A stretch of DNA of 64,000 nt. Source: a virus. Shown here in pieces: positions 24,906 to 36,722 of this stretch. The notes below the pieces were generated by a model. That model saw only the letters and a list, made by a program, of their open reading frames with translations, was not told the DNA's origin and did no database searches. Location of the stretch: positions 2,404-66,403 of IMG/VR virus record IMGVR_UViG_3300046517_001051; one strand, given 5' to 3'. A program made the position numbers and the translations under genes. Each line of letters begins with the position of its first letter. The first letter of the stretch is position 1.

Positions 24906-27566
24906 GGCTTCCTCCTCTTGCGCTTCCTGGCCACCACGCGGACCTCGACGCGGCGGATGCTCCACTCAGAGACCATCTCTGCGACAAGGCTTCGATCCCG
25001 ACGGACGCAGGAGATGAACCCGTCGATCCCAACACACGCCCACATGAGCTGAGGCTTCGGCTTCTTCACGGCTTCTCCTCCGCTGCTTCGGCTGCCGCGA
25101 AACGGCGCAACCGCTCGGTGAACGGCAATGCAGCGAGCCATCTCGCGCGCCCATCTTCGTCCATCGCCTCAAGTTTCTGCGCTTCAGCCTCGGTGATCGG
25201 CAGCCACTTCCTTGCTTCACGCGGCAGTTCCGACTGCGGCGATCGACGAAACGGCACCGGGTCGCGGACGATCTCGTGCGGACGGTCGATGTTCACGGCT
25301 TCCTCCGACGGTGGTTCTTGCGATGCCGGCGAATCGCCGCAGCGTCCTCGCTCGGGACGATGTCCAGCCAGCGATGCACTCGATGCCAGCATTTGCCGCA
25401 CAGGACCGTTGGCATGGTGATGGCATCGCCGTCGTCGAACGCCCGGCGTCGCGGCTCAACCAGCGAGCCGGCGACTTCGACGTGCGGCATGCAATGGCTA
25501 GCCTTCACGGCTTCTCCTCCGCGGCACCGATGTAGTTCGCCGCGTGAAACTGCGCGCTGATCGGGTAGAAGCCGCCATGACCGTCGCTAGCCACGTAGTC
25601 GCCGACTTGGCCAGCGAGCACGCCTTCGCGAGACTCGCACTCAAATGGCTCAGTTGCTGGCCCCCACATGCGCACGATGGTCTTCTTGCGGAACATTGTC
25701 CCGCCATCAGGCTGCGGATCGCCTTTGCTGTATCGCTTCACGGCTTCTCCTTGCGCACCCTGCGGGCGTGTTTGTTCCACATGGCGATGACGTCTGCCTT
25801 CTTCTGGTCACCGCAGCCAATCCAGTGATCGCCGGTGCCGTCGCATTGGATGAACCACCAGTCGGCTCCCTCTGTCTGGACGACCACCTCGCGCCCGCAG
25901 TATTCCCACGGGCACGGCAGCGGCTTCTCGGTCTTCGGCTTCTTCACGTCGCCCCGCCTTGCTTCTCGCGCTCCATCCGCCAACGATCGCGCACATCGGC
26001 AACATCCAGACCATCAGCAAGTCGCTCAATAAGGCGCACGGTCGGCACATCTTCTGAGAACCATTGCGCCTTCGCGCGAAGATCGCGAACCCATGCCCGT
26101 TCGTCGCGGAGAGCGCGGGCTGCTGCACATCGGAACCAGCACAGCGAAGCCATTGCCGCGCATGTGAGCGTGACTATGCCGTAGCCGAGAATTGACGCGA
26201 TCACGCGCATGACTTCGTTCACGGTTGCCTCCGCTTCTCTCGATCATCAACGACGAGGAGAGCCAACTGCGCCAACTGCTTGCGCACCTCAATGATCCGA
26301 CGATCGTCTGCCTTCAAGCGGCGTAGCAGTCTCGCCTCAATGCATCGTAGATCGTGCACTTTGGCCAACGCACGTTCGGCGATGTTGAGCTTGTCTGCAT
26401 CAGTTGTCGTCATGGTTGTTCCCCCTTCTCGCGCTCGGCCTTCTCCTCGTCTCGCAACCGCAGATCGCATTTGTTGCAGACGTCGCAGTCCTCGTAGATC
26501 TTCAGGCAGCCGTAGCAGACGCATTGCGCGCAGCTCTCACAGCGCGTGTCAGGTGGTCCGCCGCACAGGTAGCACTCCTTCTTCACTTGGCCACCTTCTC
26601 GCGCTCGTGGACCGCGACACAGAGCAGCGCCAGGGCGTGCTGGATCGTGGTGCCGGACGCTTGCACCGCGTTGCACTCGACATCTGCGGCGCCATTGGGG
26701 TGGACAGCGAAGAAGACGGTCCGCTTGAGCCTGCTCAGCCACGCCAACTTCTCGGCCTGCGTCCCGTCGTTCGTCGAATAGCTCGCGATGCGGTCAGCGC
26801 GCGGCTCAGGATGCGGGCGCATGGAGCAGTTGTCGATCACGCAGCCATTGATTGGGTTGGCGACAAGCGGCCACCCGCAGACATCGCATCGACCGAGTTC
26901 ATGCGGCATCTTCCAGCCAAGCGCCAACGCGCAGCGCCTGTCGAGTTCGGGGCCGGGAGGAAGGTCGGTGGTCATCGGTGCGCTTCCTTGTGTTGATTGG
27001 CCATGGTGATCGCCACGCGCATGGCTGCCTTCGCGCTCGGTGAGAAGGGCTCCTCAATCAATCGCTCCGCCGCCAGGACCAGCGCATTGACCGAGATCGT
27101 CAGCGAGAGGTTCAGCGACGCCAAGCGTGCCATGCACTGCACTGGATCGGGAGGAAGATCGGTGTTGGTCATGCGAGCCACTCCGGGCCAGCGCCGCAGC
27201 GCAGGCACTTCGTCGGCTTGCGGACCTTGGCCTGTTGGAGCCAGCGGTCCGTGGTCATGCCGATCACGGCAAGGACGGTGAGGATCGGCAGCAGGACGTC
27301 GAAGAAGGGATCACTCATGGCTGCTTCACCGCCTTCGCCGTTTGCCGATTCCGCGCGCGAGTGTGCCTCAGTTCGACGGACTCAAGGATGCCGCGCGCCA
27401 GTTGGACAGCCTCAAGGTCGGTGATGAGTTCCAGCTCATAGACCGTGTTGCCGTTCAGCGAGAACGCGCGCACGACGAGACGATCAGCGCCGGTGTTGCG
27501 CCCGTGCAGATCCTTGATGTCCACAACATTGGCGCGAGCGTGCTTTATCGGGACGGTGCGGCTCAT
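24902..27566 (-). other. Array of about 12 translationally coupled mini-genes (24902-25069, 25066-25296, 25293-25508, 25505-25741, 25738-25947 Lar-like, 25944-26222, 26219-26413, 26410-26586 Cys-rich, 26583-26975, 26972-27172, 27169-27318, 27315-27566)
   Basis: Each start overlaps the previous stop (GTGA/ATGA), and most have a GGAG-type RBS. Confidence 0.7.
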
Positions 27567-28903
27567 GGCTTCACCGCCTTCGCCAGCTTGGCCACCGCGT
27601 CGGCGAACTCTGGCGGCTCAAGGTAGAACGTGCGGATCTCGCAGCCGCTCTCCCGTCGCTCGACGTGAATGTCACCGGCGAACCGCTTGCGCCCGTTCTC
27701 GTCCACGAAGCGGTAGATCAAACCGTAGGGGCGGACCACCTTTGGCTTCTCCGGCTCTGACACCGCGACGGCCCACTTTCCAGCGATGCCGCCGTCGACA
27801 ATAATCGTGCCGCCGAGCGCCGCGTTCGCCTCGTGCGCATGGCTCTCCGCTAGCCGATCGCCAGCCGTCTCAAGATCAGCGTCGAGTCGCTGAACGGTTG
27901 CCTTCGCCTCGCGCAGCTCGCCCTCCAGCTCCTTGACGCGAGCCTCGGCGAGTTCGGCGCGCTGGAGCCGCTCCTTCAGCATGTCCTCCATCTCCTTCAC
28001 CAACCCGATCACTCGGCCGACTGGCAGCTTGACGTTCGATCCACAACCGCGCGTGTCCAGGAAGTTGCGCAGGCTGTCGAGTGATCCCTCAGCGAGGTCG
28101 ATCCGCGCCTGCAACTCGGCGGTGCGCTCTTTGGCTGCCGCCGTCACTTCGCAAAGCACGGCGTTCGCCTTCAGCCACTCGGCGGCTTCCTGAGCATTGT
28201 TCTTGCGCAGCCGCTCAATCTCGGCACGCGCAACCTTGAGATGCGACTGCAAAACGGACACGCCGCCAACTACATCAGCATCTGGCTTCGGCGCCTCGGG
28301 CTCGGCGGCGAGTGCTCCGCGCAGCTCGCGCTCGTGCTCCTTCGTGATGCCAGCCTGTTCGAGATCGCCAAGGACATCGACCACGGCGCGCTTCAGCCTG
28401 TTGCTCGCGGGCGGCTCTACCGAGGGCTCGGCGGCGATGGCTCCCTTTGGCTCGTCGTTGACGGCATTGCGCAGCAGGTCCATGTCGAGAAGGAGGCTGC
28501 CCCACGACTTCTTGTCCTGATGGCCAACCTGCGAGATGTAGGTCGAGAAGCCTTTGACGACTGAACTCGCAGCCGCCCACAGACGCCCACTCGCGACTGG
28601 TGGTTGTGGCGACGAGGGCTCGGCGGCGAGGGCGTCGCGGACCCGGTTGACGACGTGCGCCCACACGTCGCGCCCTCGAAAGGTGCCATACTCCGGATCC
28701 AGCGAGTCGACCATCGCTTGCACGGCCTCGCGCAGCCTGCCGCTCGCGGGCGCCGGAGCCTTCTCCCACTCGGCGAAGGCGGCGAGGAGGGCTGTCCAGC
28801 GGACCAGATGGTGTTCGCGATCTGTGTTCTGGCGATAGCCGAAGCGGTCGCAGTCGGCGAACAACGCTCGGAGCGCGGCGAGAAGGCTGGCGGAGGGGGT
28901 CAT
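27563..28903 (-). CDS. Coiled-coil protein with three internal repeats
   Basis: Repeated (P/V)AS(G/N)RL...A(L/I)AAEP units followed by a long heptad region. Confidence 0.65.
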   Translation of the reverse strand: MTPSASLLAALRALFADCDRFGYRQNTDREHHLVRWTALLAAFAEWEKAPAPASGRLREAVQAMVDSLDPEYGTFRGRDVWAHVVNRVRDALAAEPSSPQPPVASGRLWAAASSVVKGFSTYISQVGHQDKKSWGSLLLDMDLLRNAVNDEPKGAIAAEPSVEPPASNRLKRAVVDVLGDLEQAGITKEHERELRGALAAEPEAPKPDADVVGGVSVLQSHLKVARAEIERLRKNNAQEAAEWLKANAVLCEVTAAAKERTAELQARIDLAEGSLDSLRNFLDTRGCGSNVKLPVGRVIGLVKEMEDMLKERLQRAELAEARVKELEGELREAKATVQRLDADLETAGDRLAESHAHEANAALGGTIIVDGGIAGKWAVAVSEPEKPKVVRPYGLIYRFVDENGRKRFAGDIHVERRESGCEIRTFYLEPPEFADAVAKLAKAVKP

Positions 28904-31127
28904 GATTGGAACGCCGTCAGGACGTCGCTCAGTTGTTGGCGAATCAGCTTGATGTGAGACTGGAGCGCCTCGGCGCAGGGCGGGCAGAGATCCCATCCCC
29001 GACCGAGGTTTCCGTCTTGTCCGTGCGTCTGGAGGTGCACGTGCGCCTTGACCCACCCGGTCGGCAGTGGCTCCGGGTACATCCGCACGTTCTCCGCGGT
29101 GGTCAGGGTAACAGGCTTGAGGCAGCGGTCGCAGTGCAGGGTGCGAGTCTCGCGGATCATGGTTGTTCTCCCTTCCGCAGTCGCCGGTCGATCTCGGCGG
29201 CGATGAGCGCGCCGGCGACCGTGAGCGCCTTGAGGCTTCCGGGCTTGTTCTTCTCTCGGAGCTTCCACAGGTCTTCGACCCACGGGACCAGCAGGCCCAG
29301 TGCGCCGGCAAGGATCTCTCCGCGAGAGTGCGCGTCGTCATGATCGTCCGTCCACTTGACCTTCTGGAGCTGGCGCTCGCACGAGATCAGCGCGACGCCA
29401 GAAGTTGCGGGTGGTGGGTCTTGAGGGACCCAGCCCAGCATCTGCATGACGAGCTTCGGGGACTCCTTCACGCGGTAATGGGACATATAGTAACCCCCGC
29501 CGCCGAAGCCGCCACCCTCGCGGTCGGCGACGACAACCGACGTGGCGTCCTGGCCCTCGCAAGGGATCACGCGGTCGATCTTGTGGCGGTGGAGGCCGAT
29601 CGGGCGCCCGGTCTTGGCGCAGGTGAAGACGACGATGTCGGTCATTGGTTCATTTCTCCTCGTGCTTTGTATTCTCTGAACAGGTCCGCCGCGATCTTGC
29701 GCGCGTGCGCTTCGTCGGGCGCGAAGACGACCACGTTCACGCGACCACCATAGTACGGATTGATCTCGTTACGGTACGCGAGCCGTGACAAGGACGGGCA
29801 GGGATCAAGGTAGACCCCGTCAATGTCGATACCATTCGGCAAACTCGTCACGCTCCAGCAGGGGTCTTTCGGTAGGTCGCCGACCTGAACCTCGTCGAGT
29901 TCCCACTCCGTCACGTCGCCGCCGAGCCAGTCGGCTAGCGTCTTCGCCTTCTCCTCCGTCGAGAAGACGCCGACGACGCTGTAGTCGCTGTAGTCGCCGG
30001 TCTCCACCGCGTAGATCTTGGTCATCAGATGTTCCTCACGATCTCGTCGTACAGCGCTTCCACGAACTTCATGACGTCGTCGCGGAACCGGACGCGGCGC
30101 TTGGCCACGGCGGTGAAGTCGTCCACGGGGATCTCCTTCACGGCCATCAGCTCGGCGTAGATGATGGCCTCCAGGGCGACGCCGAACTGGACCGCCGCGC
30201 GCTGCCGCGTCGGCTCCAGCAGCTTGAAGACCTTCTCGGGGTTCAGTGGTGATCTCATCTATTCAACTCCTCATAGCTGTGAAATCGAGCGAGACTGCCC
30301 AGCGTCTCTCGCGAGTGCTGCGTCATCAGCCAGACAAGCTTTCGGCCCTTCTTGACCCGCTCGTACGTCTTGTGCTCCCAGACGGCACTGTCTCTCGGCC
30401 GAGGCCGGATGTAGTGCGCAGTCTTGACCTCGAAACGCATCAGACCGGCGACACAGCCTCTTCCAGAGGTTCTGTAGTCCGCCTCGCACTTGATATCGAC
30501 GATGACCTCGCCGCGCGCCAGCTTCGGCATCGGGCCACGGATCAGTTCCTGGAGGAGGGATTTCATCGCGGGTCCTGCAGGTCGCGGGGATTGTGACCCC
30601 TCATCTTCTTGATCATCTTCCTGACTCGCCTCTCCTGGGCCTCCACCCTCATGGCCCGCCAGTTGGTCCATGCCAGCCAGAGCTTGATCGCGCCGAGCGC
30701 GAGCCCGACGAGGACCAGAATAACCGTCCACGGCCCCCAGAACGGCGCCGTCACCCACCACCAGCTCCAGTCGATCTTGTCGCAGAGCTTGAGGACTACG
30801 AACGCCACGCCGAGCATGTTGAGCGCCATGCTGGAGGCGACGAGCTGCGTGCCGCGAGTAGTGTCAGTCATGCTTGTATGCCTCCAGCATCTTGTAAGTC
30901 TCCCACAGCGCCTTCTTGATGACCGAGCCTCGCAGCTCGGCGTCGTTGATCTCCAGCCAGGCGGTGCCGCCGAGCCGGTCCGTCTGCTTGACCTCCACTG
31001 CGAAGCAGTCCTCGCTGAGACCGATGACGCGAACGATACTGCCGTGGGCGCGGCCCAAGGGCAAGTACTCGCCCTGCCACACCAGCATCGGCTCGCGCTT
31101 CTCCAGCTCGTGGACTCGCAGCGTCAT
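28900..31127 (-). other. Seven small coupled hypothetical genes (28900-29160, 29157-29645, 29642-30025, 30025-30258, 30255-30566, 30563-30871 membrane protein, 30864-31127)
   Basis: Overlapping stop/start codons; 30563-30871 carries the common phage membrane motif 'LKL...IDWSWWWVTAPFW'. Confidence 0.65.
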
Positions 31128-32611
31128 GACTGGCCCCTCAGCGTCTCGCGGACATTGGCGAAGGTCTGCGTCCGCAGGAAGCAGCCGTCGCGCCAGACCG
31201 GCTTGAGCAGCGAGTGCGACGAGTCGGCGGGGAGCTGATCGCAGAGCACCAGCTTGCCTGACTCGGGACTCTTGAGCACCGCCAGCCGGCCGCGGGCCGA
31301 GTGCTTCGTTCCGTCGTCGGTGGCCGGCTTCTTGTAGAGGTCGCGCGACTCGCCACCGACCATCGCCCAGGTCGCCTTCATGGCGAACCCGAACGTGTCG
31401 CGGGTGACGTGCTGGTAGGTGTAGCTGCCGACGCCGAACACGACGTTGGTCGACGCGAAGCCGGCGGCGCCGAGCCGCTCGACGATCTCGCGCGCCCGCT
31501 CGTACGTGATCGCGTCGCCGTAGATCACGCCGACGTGCGAGTCCAGCTGCCGGTGGCCGGTGCTGGTCCGCGTCCCGCCGAAGACGTCCCAGAGGAGCTG
31601 GACGACGCCCTTGATGGCTGGTCCAGCCGAGACGGTCTGCCCAGTCACCGCGGCGTAGTCGTCGCCGCAGAGGATCTTGACGGGATCACCGCTGTCGGGG
31701 CGGATCACCAGCTTGCCGTCGCGCGCCATGATCTTCGCCTTGAGCGAGGGCAGCGTCTCGGTGAGGACCGACCAGAGGTCCCACGTGTCGGAGACGACCG
31801 ACACGATGCCGGTGGGATACAGGCTCAGCAGGCGCTCGAACGTCTCACGCTCGCCCTCCTCGCCGCCGGCCGACATGACGCTGTGCTCGGTTGCCGGGAC
31901 GCTGCCGCCGACGAGGCCGTTGCCCTCGATATAATGGGGTTGGCCGCCGTAGTACTCGTCGACGAACGGGAGCGCTGGTAACGTGTCGGTCCCCGTGAAG
32001 CTGAGGAGGTGCGCCGCGCCGCTGAGCTGCGCCGCTTCGACGCCGGCCATGCCGCGCATCGAGAAGTCGTGGCCCTGCCAGGGGACGAAGTCCGGGTCAC
32101 CGCCAGTGAGCCTCGCCGCCTCGTCGAGCATGGCGCGGAGCCGGTGCGCGCTCGTCGCCGACGTGCACGGCAGCCAGAGCACGTTGCTCATCAGCGTCTC
32201 GACGTAGTTGACGAGCCAAGCGAAGTCGTCGTGCGTGTTCTCGACGGTCAGCATCGGCACGCGCAGCGGGCAGCGAGTGCCTTCTGGGAGGGCTCTGAAC
32301 TCCAGCGGCACGTGGCCCAGCCGGTGCAGCGCGCGGACGTGGTCGGTGCCAATGGCGTTCGGGCCGAGGTAGCGGTCGACGAGCGTCTTGTACTCGTCGC
32401 AGACGTCCTGCGTCGGCCGCTTGAACCAGGACTCCATCTCCTCGCACAGGTACTTCTGGAGGAAGTACTGGAGGCCAAAGAACACGACGCGGTCCACGCC
32501 CTCGACGCGCGAGCTTCGCGGCGTCCAGTTCGAGTAGACGCGGGTGGTGCCGGCGGGGTACTGGCGCCGGTGGTCCAGCTTGTAGCCGTCGATCAGTAAG
32601 AGGGGATTCAC
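31124..32611 (-). CDS. Nicotinamide phosphoribosyltransferase-like enzyme (NARP1 Namat)
   Basis: 'DGYKLDHRRQYP', 'HDFSMRG', 'SVPATEHSVM', 'VSDTWD', 'IRPDSGDP'. Confidence 0.9.
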   Translation of the reverse strand: MNPLLLIDGYKLDHRRQYPAGTTRVYSNWTPRSSRVEGVDRVVFFGLQYFLQKYLCEEMESWFKRPTQDVCDEYKTLVDRYLGPNAIGTDHVRALHRLGHVPLEFRALPEGTRCPLRVPMLTVENTHDDFAWLVNYVETLMSNVLWLPCTSATSAHRLRAMLDEAARLTGGDPDFVPWQGHDFSMRGMAGVEAAQLSGAAHLLSFTGTDTLPALPFVDEYYGGQPHYIEGNGLVGGSVPATEHSVMSAGGEEGERETFERLLSLYPTGIVSVVSDTWDLWSVLTETLPSLKAKIMARDGKLVIRPDSGDPVKILCGDDYAAVTGQTVSAGPAIKGVVQLLWDVFGGTRTSTGHRQLDSHVGVIYGDAITYERAREIVERLGAAGFASTNVVFGVGSYTYQHVTRDTFGFAMKATWAMVGGESRDLYKKPATDDGTKHSARGRLAVLKSPESGKLVLCDQLPADSSHSLLKPVWRDGCFLRTQTFANVRETLRGQS

Positions 32612-33498
32612 GAGAGGAGCATCCTCGCCACGGCCTCGCGGCCGACGGTCTCAAGGGGGACGACGGTGAACCGATCACTGAGCCCTGATGTCTGCATCGG
32701 GAACGAGTCGGTGGTGAAGATCTGTTGGTAATACTTGAGCAAGTCGCCAGTGCCCTTCGAGAAGATGCCGTGCGACACGACGAGGTCCAGCGTGACGTGA
32801 CGACTGAACGAGGTCAGCACCTCGCCGAGCCCGACGAACGTGCCCCCGCCATCGCAGACGTCGTCCACGACGAGGTAGTGGCCGTGGGGCACCGGCTCAC
32901 AGGCGAACCTCGTCAGCTTGCCGGTGTCCGGGTCGCGGTGCTTCGTCGCCTGGTACACCGGCACATCGAGCATGCGGGCGAAGTCCTCGGCGCGCCGGGC
33001 GGCGCCCGCGTCCGGTTGGATCACGCCGCGATATCCACGTAGCGGGATCGCGTCGACGAACGGATGCGCGGGGTCTATCGCGAGAAACTCCGGGCCGAAC
33101 AGCGCTGCGAGCACGGTGCTGTGAGGATCTAGCACGACGACCGAGTCCAGCTCGTAGGGTCGCAGCGTCTCGGCGTAGACCTTCGCGGTGAATGCGTGCC
33201 GCCCGTCGCGTCGGTCTTGCCGGGCGCCGGGAAAGTACGGGCAGAACAGGCCGAGCTTGCGGGGCCGCTGCGCGCGGACGGCGTCGAGGAGCGCCAGCAA
33301 TGTCAGCCACCCGTCGGCGTCGCAGATCCTCGCGTCGACGTACAGCGCACCCTTCTCGGCATCCTGCAGGTTGACCACGACGTGCGGCTCGCCGCCGGGG
33401 AACGTCAGCGACTGGTGCTGGATCGTCCCGACGACGTTGATCGGGTTCGGCATGACCAGCTCGCAGGCGACCCAGTGGAGCGTGAGCTTGGATCTCAT
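32608..33498 (-). CDS. Ribose-phosphate pyrophosphokinase-like enzyme (NARP1 Adps)
   Basis: 'FPGGE', 'PYFPGARQDR', 'DPHS', 'PDAGA', 'VVDDVCDGGGTF', 'HGIFS'. Confidence 0.9.
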   Translation of the reverse strand: MRSKLTLHWVACELVMPNPINVVGTIQHQSLTFPGGEPHVVVNLQDAEKGALYVDARICDADGWLTLLALLDAVRAQRPRKLGLFCPYFPGARQDRRDGRHAFTAKVYAETLRPYELDSVVVLDPHSTVLAALFGPEFLAIDPAHPFVDAIPLRGYRGVIQPDAGAARRAEDFARMLDVPVYQATKHRDPDTGKLTRFACEPVPHGHYLVVDDVCDGGGTFVGLGEVLTSFSRHVTLDLVVSHGIFSKGTGDLLKYYQQIFTTDSFPMQTSGLSDRFTVVPLETVGREAVARMLLS

Positions 33499-35434
33499 GG
33501 ATGCTCTATGACCTCCGTGGTCATGCTCTTGCTCTCGCCCTTGATGTAGGCGAACAACTTGTCGGCGGCCCTGCGACGACAGACGACTACCATCGCAGTC
33601 TCGTCGGTCACCGGACCTTCCGTGTCAAGTCCCGTGATCGCCACCATGATGTCTGCAGCCTCGTCGGCGACCATCTTCGCCGCGATGCGCCGAGCGGCGC
33701 GGCCAACATCATCGGGGTTCATCGTCTCACCGGTCCTGGTCACGAGTACCTCCCGGTGGTCGCCAGCCAGATCACGGCGAAGACGAGCACGGTCATGAGC
33801 GCACACTCAACCCACAGGACGCGGCGGGCCTTCCGCTCCTTCCAGCAGTCCGCGTGGTAGCCCCGCTCGACGAGGTCGCCGAGCTTGATGGCGTATTTGC
33901 AGCGCGGGCAGCGCGGCGCGAAGTCGGCGTCGGGGTGAGTGTGCATCACAGTTTCGCCCACTCCTGGATCAGCCACGCGCGCGCTTTCTCGTCGTCGCTG
34001 CCCTCGTAATCGGGTTCCAGAGCAGCGATCGCCAATTCATAGGTCATTGGGCCTTCTGAGCCGAGTGGGTCTGCGGCGAGCAGTTCCTCGCCCATCTTCT
34101 TGTAGACAGCCTCTTCAGCCGTGGTCCGGTCATCATGGTCTACGTATCCAGCTTCGTTGAGTCGGGCCTCAAGTTCATCGCAATACGAGCAGCTTCCAAA
34201 GCTACCGAGGATAACTTGGGGATTGCGACGACCTTTTTGCTTGATGATGGCCACAAACCTGCCTGAGTAGTCGCCGAACTCCTTGTAGGCGAGCACCTTT
34301 GCTCCTGCAGCGGTCAAACAGTCTTGGTAGGTCATGCTTGCTCCTTCCTCTTGATCTCGCTCAGCAGCGCCCCGCACCACGGGCAGTGAGTGACGTCCTT
34401 CAGGACCGTGCCGGGAACATCAGACTCGATGACGCACAGAGGCTCGTCGGCAGACTCGCGCTCGAAGCAGCCGAACCGGTGGACGACGCCATTGTTGACG
34501 TCGATCAGGATGTCCGGCGGGCTCCAGCCTCTGTGCTGGATGTGGACGCGCATGCTCACGCAGCACGTGTCGCAGGCGCTGATGCCGTGCGGACGGATCA
34601 CAGCTCGCTCTCCTTCTCCACCCGCGGCACGCGGATGACCATCTGGATAACGGCGCAGTCGTGAATCCTCGTCGACATCATCCTCAGCGCAAGGTCACCG
34701 CCGTGATCCTTCTTCAGCTGAGTCAGCAAGGACAGCCACTCGTTGATGGTGTACTCGTCATTGAAGAGCATCGTCCTGCGGCGGGTGAGGCTCATGGTTT
34801 CTCCTCTTCCTTGAAGTCGGGGCAAGTCTCCGCCTGCCGGATGTCGTCGATCAGAGTCTGCTTGTCGTTGTGCTCATCACCGAACTTGAACGGGTGCTTC
34901 TTCTGGCATGAGAACTCGAATGGCCAAGCTGGGGTCAAGTCGCTGTAGCCAGGAGACCCGCCGTACACGTAGCAGTGCTCGCACTCCAGGCAGATGCGTC
35001 CGGTTGTCTTGCTCACTGGAGCCACTCCGTCGGGTGCCCGAGCTTGGCCCGCTGCGGCGTCTGGTCCCCGCCGCTGGCGAGCCGGCGCCAGAGATCGCAC
35101 TCGCGCTCGGCGCGCTTAGCCCGGGCCTCGTAGTGCGAGGACACGGCCTGCGCGAGGACGACGAAAAGGAGCAGCGTCCCGTCGACGAAGAAGTGGAGGA
35201 GGTCGGTCACTTGGCCCTCCGCTCCGCGCGCATCGCGGCTCTGATGTCCCCTGATAGCTGAGCTGCGGCGGGATCCGTCCAGATGTCGAACAGCAGATTG
35301 TTGCAGCGAACGACGGCCCTCGCCAGGTCTAGCTCTAGTTCAGAGTACGCCTTCCCTCCGTGCTTCGAGGCGTGGATGACGGACTGGGCGACGATGTCGA
35401 TGGGCAGACCGAGCGGGTTATGCGTCGAGGTCAC
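33495..35434 (-). other. Small coupled hypothetical genes (33495-33722, 33740-33946, 33946-34335, 34332-34601, 34598-34795, 34792-35016, 35013-35210, 35207-35434)
   Basis: RBS and mostly overlapping start/stop codons; several CxxC proteins. Confidence 0.6.
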
Positions 35435-35886
35435 TGGTTCACCAGCCTCTGGGCCTCGTCGAGGCGCATCTTGAGTCGCTTCGCGCACTCCAGCATCGCC
35501 GCCGGGGTGCCGGCCCAGGGGAGACCCCAGTGCTCCGCGCAGATGGGGCCGTAGCCGTTACCGACCGACTCGGCGGCGGTCAGCTCGATGCCGCAGAAGC
35601 AGCAGTGGTTCGTGCTGAGACCGACGACGTTGGCGCGGCCGGCGGGGTCCGCCTCGAACTCGCGCAGCTCGTCGCGCACCGCCGAATCGTTGACCGTCAT
35701 CTTCCAGAACGTCCGGCCGTCGGGCTGGATCGTCGCGACCCAGTCGGCGCCGACGCACAGGATCAGCTTCCGGGTCTGGCGCGTCACCTTGAACGCGACG
35801 CCGCCGGGGAGCCGGACGCTGGGCTGCTTCATGCCGCGGCCCATGGCCTCGGCGAACAACTTCGCCACTCGCGGGAAGTCCATCAT
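35431..35886 (-). CDS. DUF6011-like Zn-finger protein
   Basis: 'CCFCGIELTAAESVGNGYGPICA'. Confidence 0.75.
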   Translation of the reverse strand: MMDFPRVAKLFAEAMGRGMKQPSVRLPGGVAFKVTRQTRKLILCVGADWVATIQPDGRTFWKMTVNDSAVRDELREFEADPAGRANVVGLSTNHCCFCGIELTAAESVGNGYGPICAEHWGLPWAGTPAAMLECAKRLKMRLDEAQRLVNQ

Positions 35887-36722
35887 GACTTGATCACCTC
35901 GTCGTTGCGCGGGTCGACCCAGACGGTCACAGACTTCGACTCAGGGAATGGGGTCTCGCAGAGCATCGCGATGAAGGCGCGACCGCGCTCGGTCAACTCG
36001 TAAGTGTTGCTGCCGCAATCGTTCTTGCTCAGCAAGTCGCGATCGCTGAGCTGTATCGCGTAGTCGCGAGCGGTCTGCGATGACGGCTGAAACTCGCCGC
36101 CTTGCAATCCCTTGAAGCTCCAGAAGAGGATCTGGAAGTGCAGCGGAGTAAGTTTCACGACAGCGCCTCCCACCCCAGCATGAAGCTGGCGAGGCCGGTG
36201 ATCAGCAGCTGGAACCAGAACGCGATTCGTCGTCTCATGTGAGTTACTGTAAAGACTAAAGGACGGGGAAGTCCACCTCGGAGTGGACCGGCATGGGGTC
36301 GAGGTGCTTGGAGAGGAGCTGCCCGACGACAGGGGCGCCTTTGGGATGTCGCAATAGGTGCGCGCCGTCGTCGAGCAGCCACAAGGTGAAGTGCTGTTCA
36401 CCGTCCGCATCGCGGAGGTCCCAGCAGAAGTAAGAGTCGGTGCGACCGGCGAGCACGGCAAGGTGCGGCTCGTCGGGATCCGCAGAGGCAACCACGACAA
36501 GGTCCTGAGTCCGCGCGATGTGGCGGAGGGCCTTCTCAACCCAGGCGACGTTGGTCATCATCGCCAATCTCCGAGGACTAGCTCGCAGTTGTGCGCGACG
36601 GCCCAGCGCATCGCTGCCTCCGGCGTCGAGAACCCATCCATGAGCACTTCCTCGGTCTTGATCGACCGGACGGCCCACTGGCCGTGCGTGCTGCGGAAGA
36701 CGTATGCCGGGATGGTCCTCAC
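35883..36722 (-). other. Small genes: winged-helix-like 35883-36158, membrane peptide 36155-36238, 36256-36561, 36558-36722
   Basis: 'YELTERGRAF' wHTH-type end; coupled starts. Confidence 0.5.

Noticed and set aside
24902-25760. Repeated 16-20-nt junction sequence as a CRISPR or integron array
   Set aside because: Spacing is gene-sized and irregular, the repeats are RBS/stop-start junctions, and there are no cas or integrase genes or attC-like palindromes.
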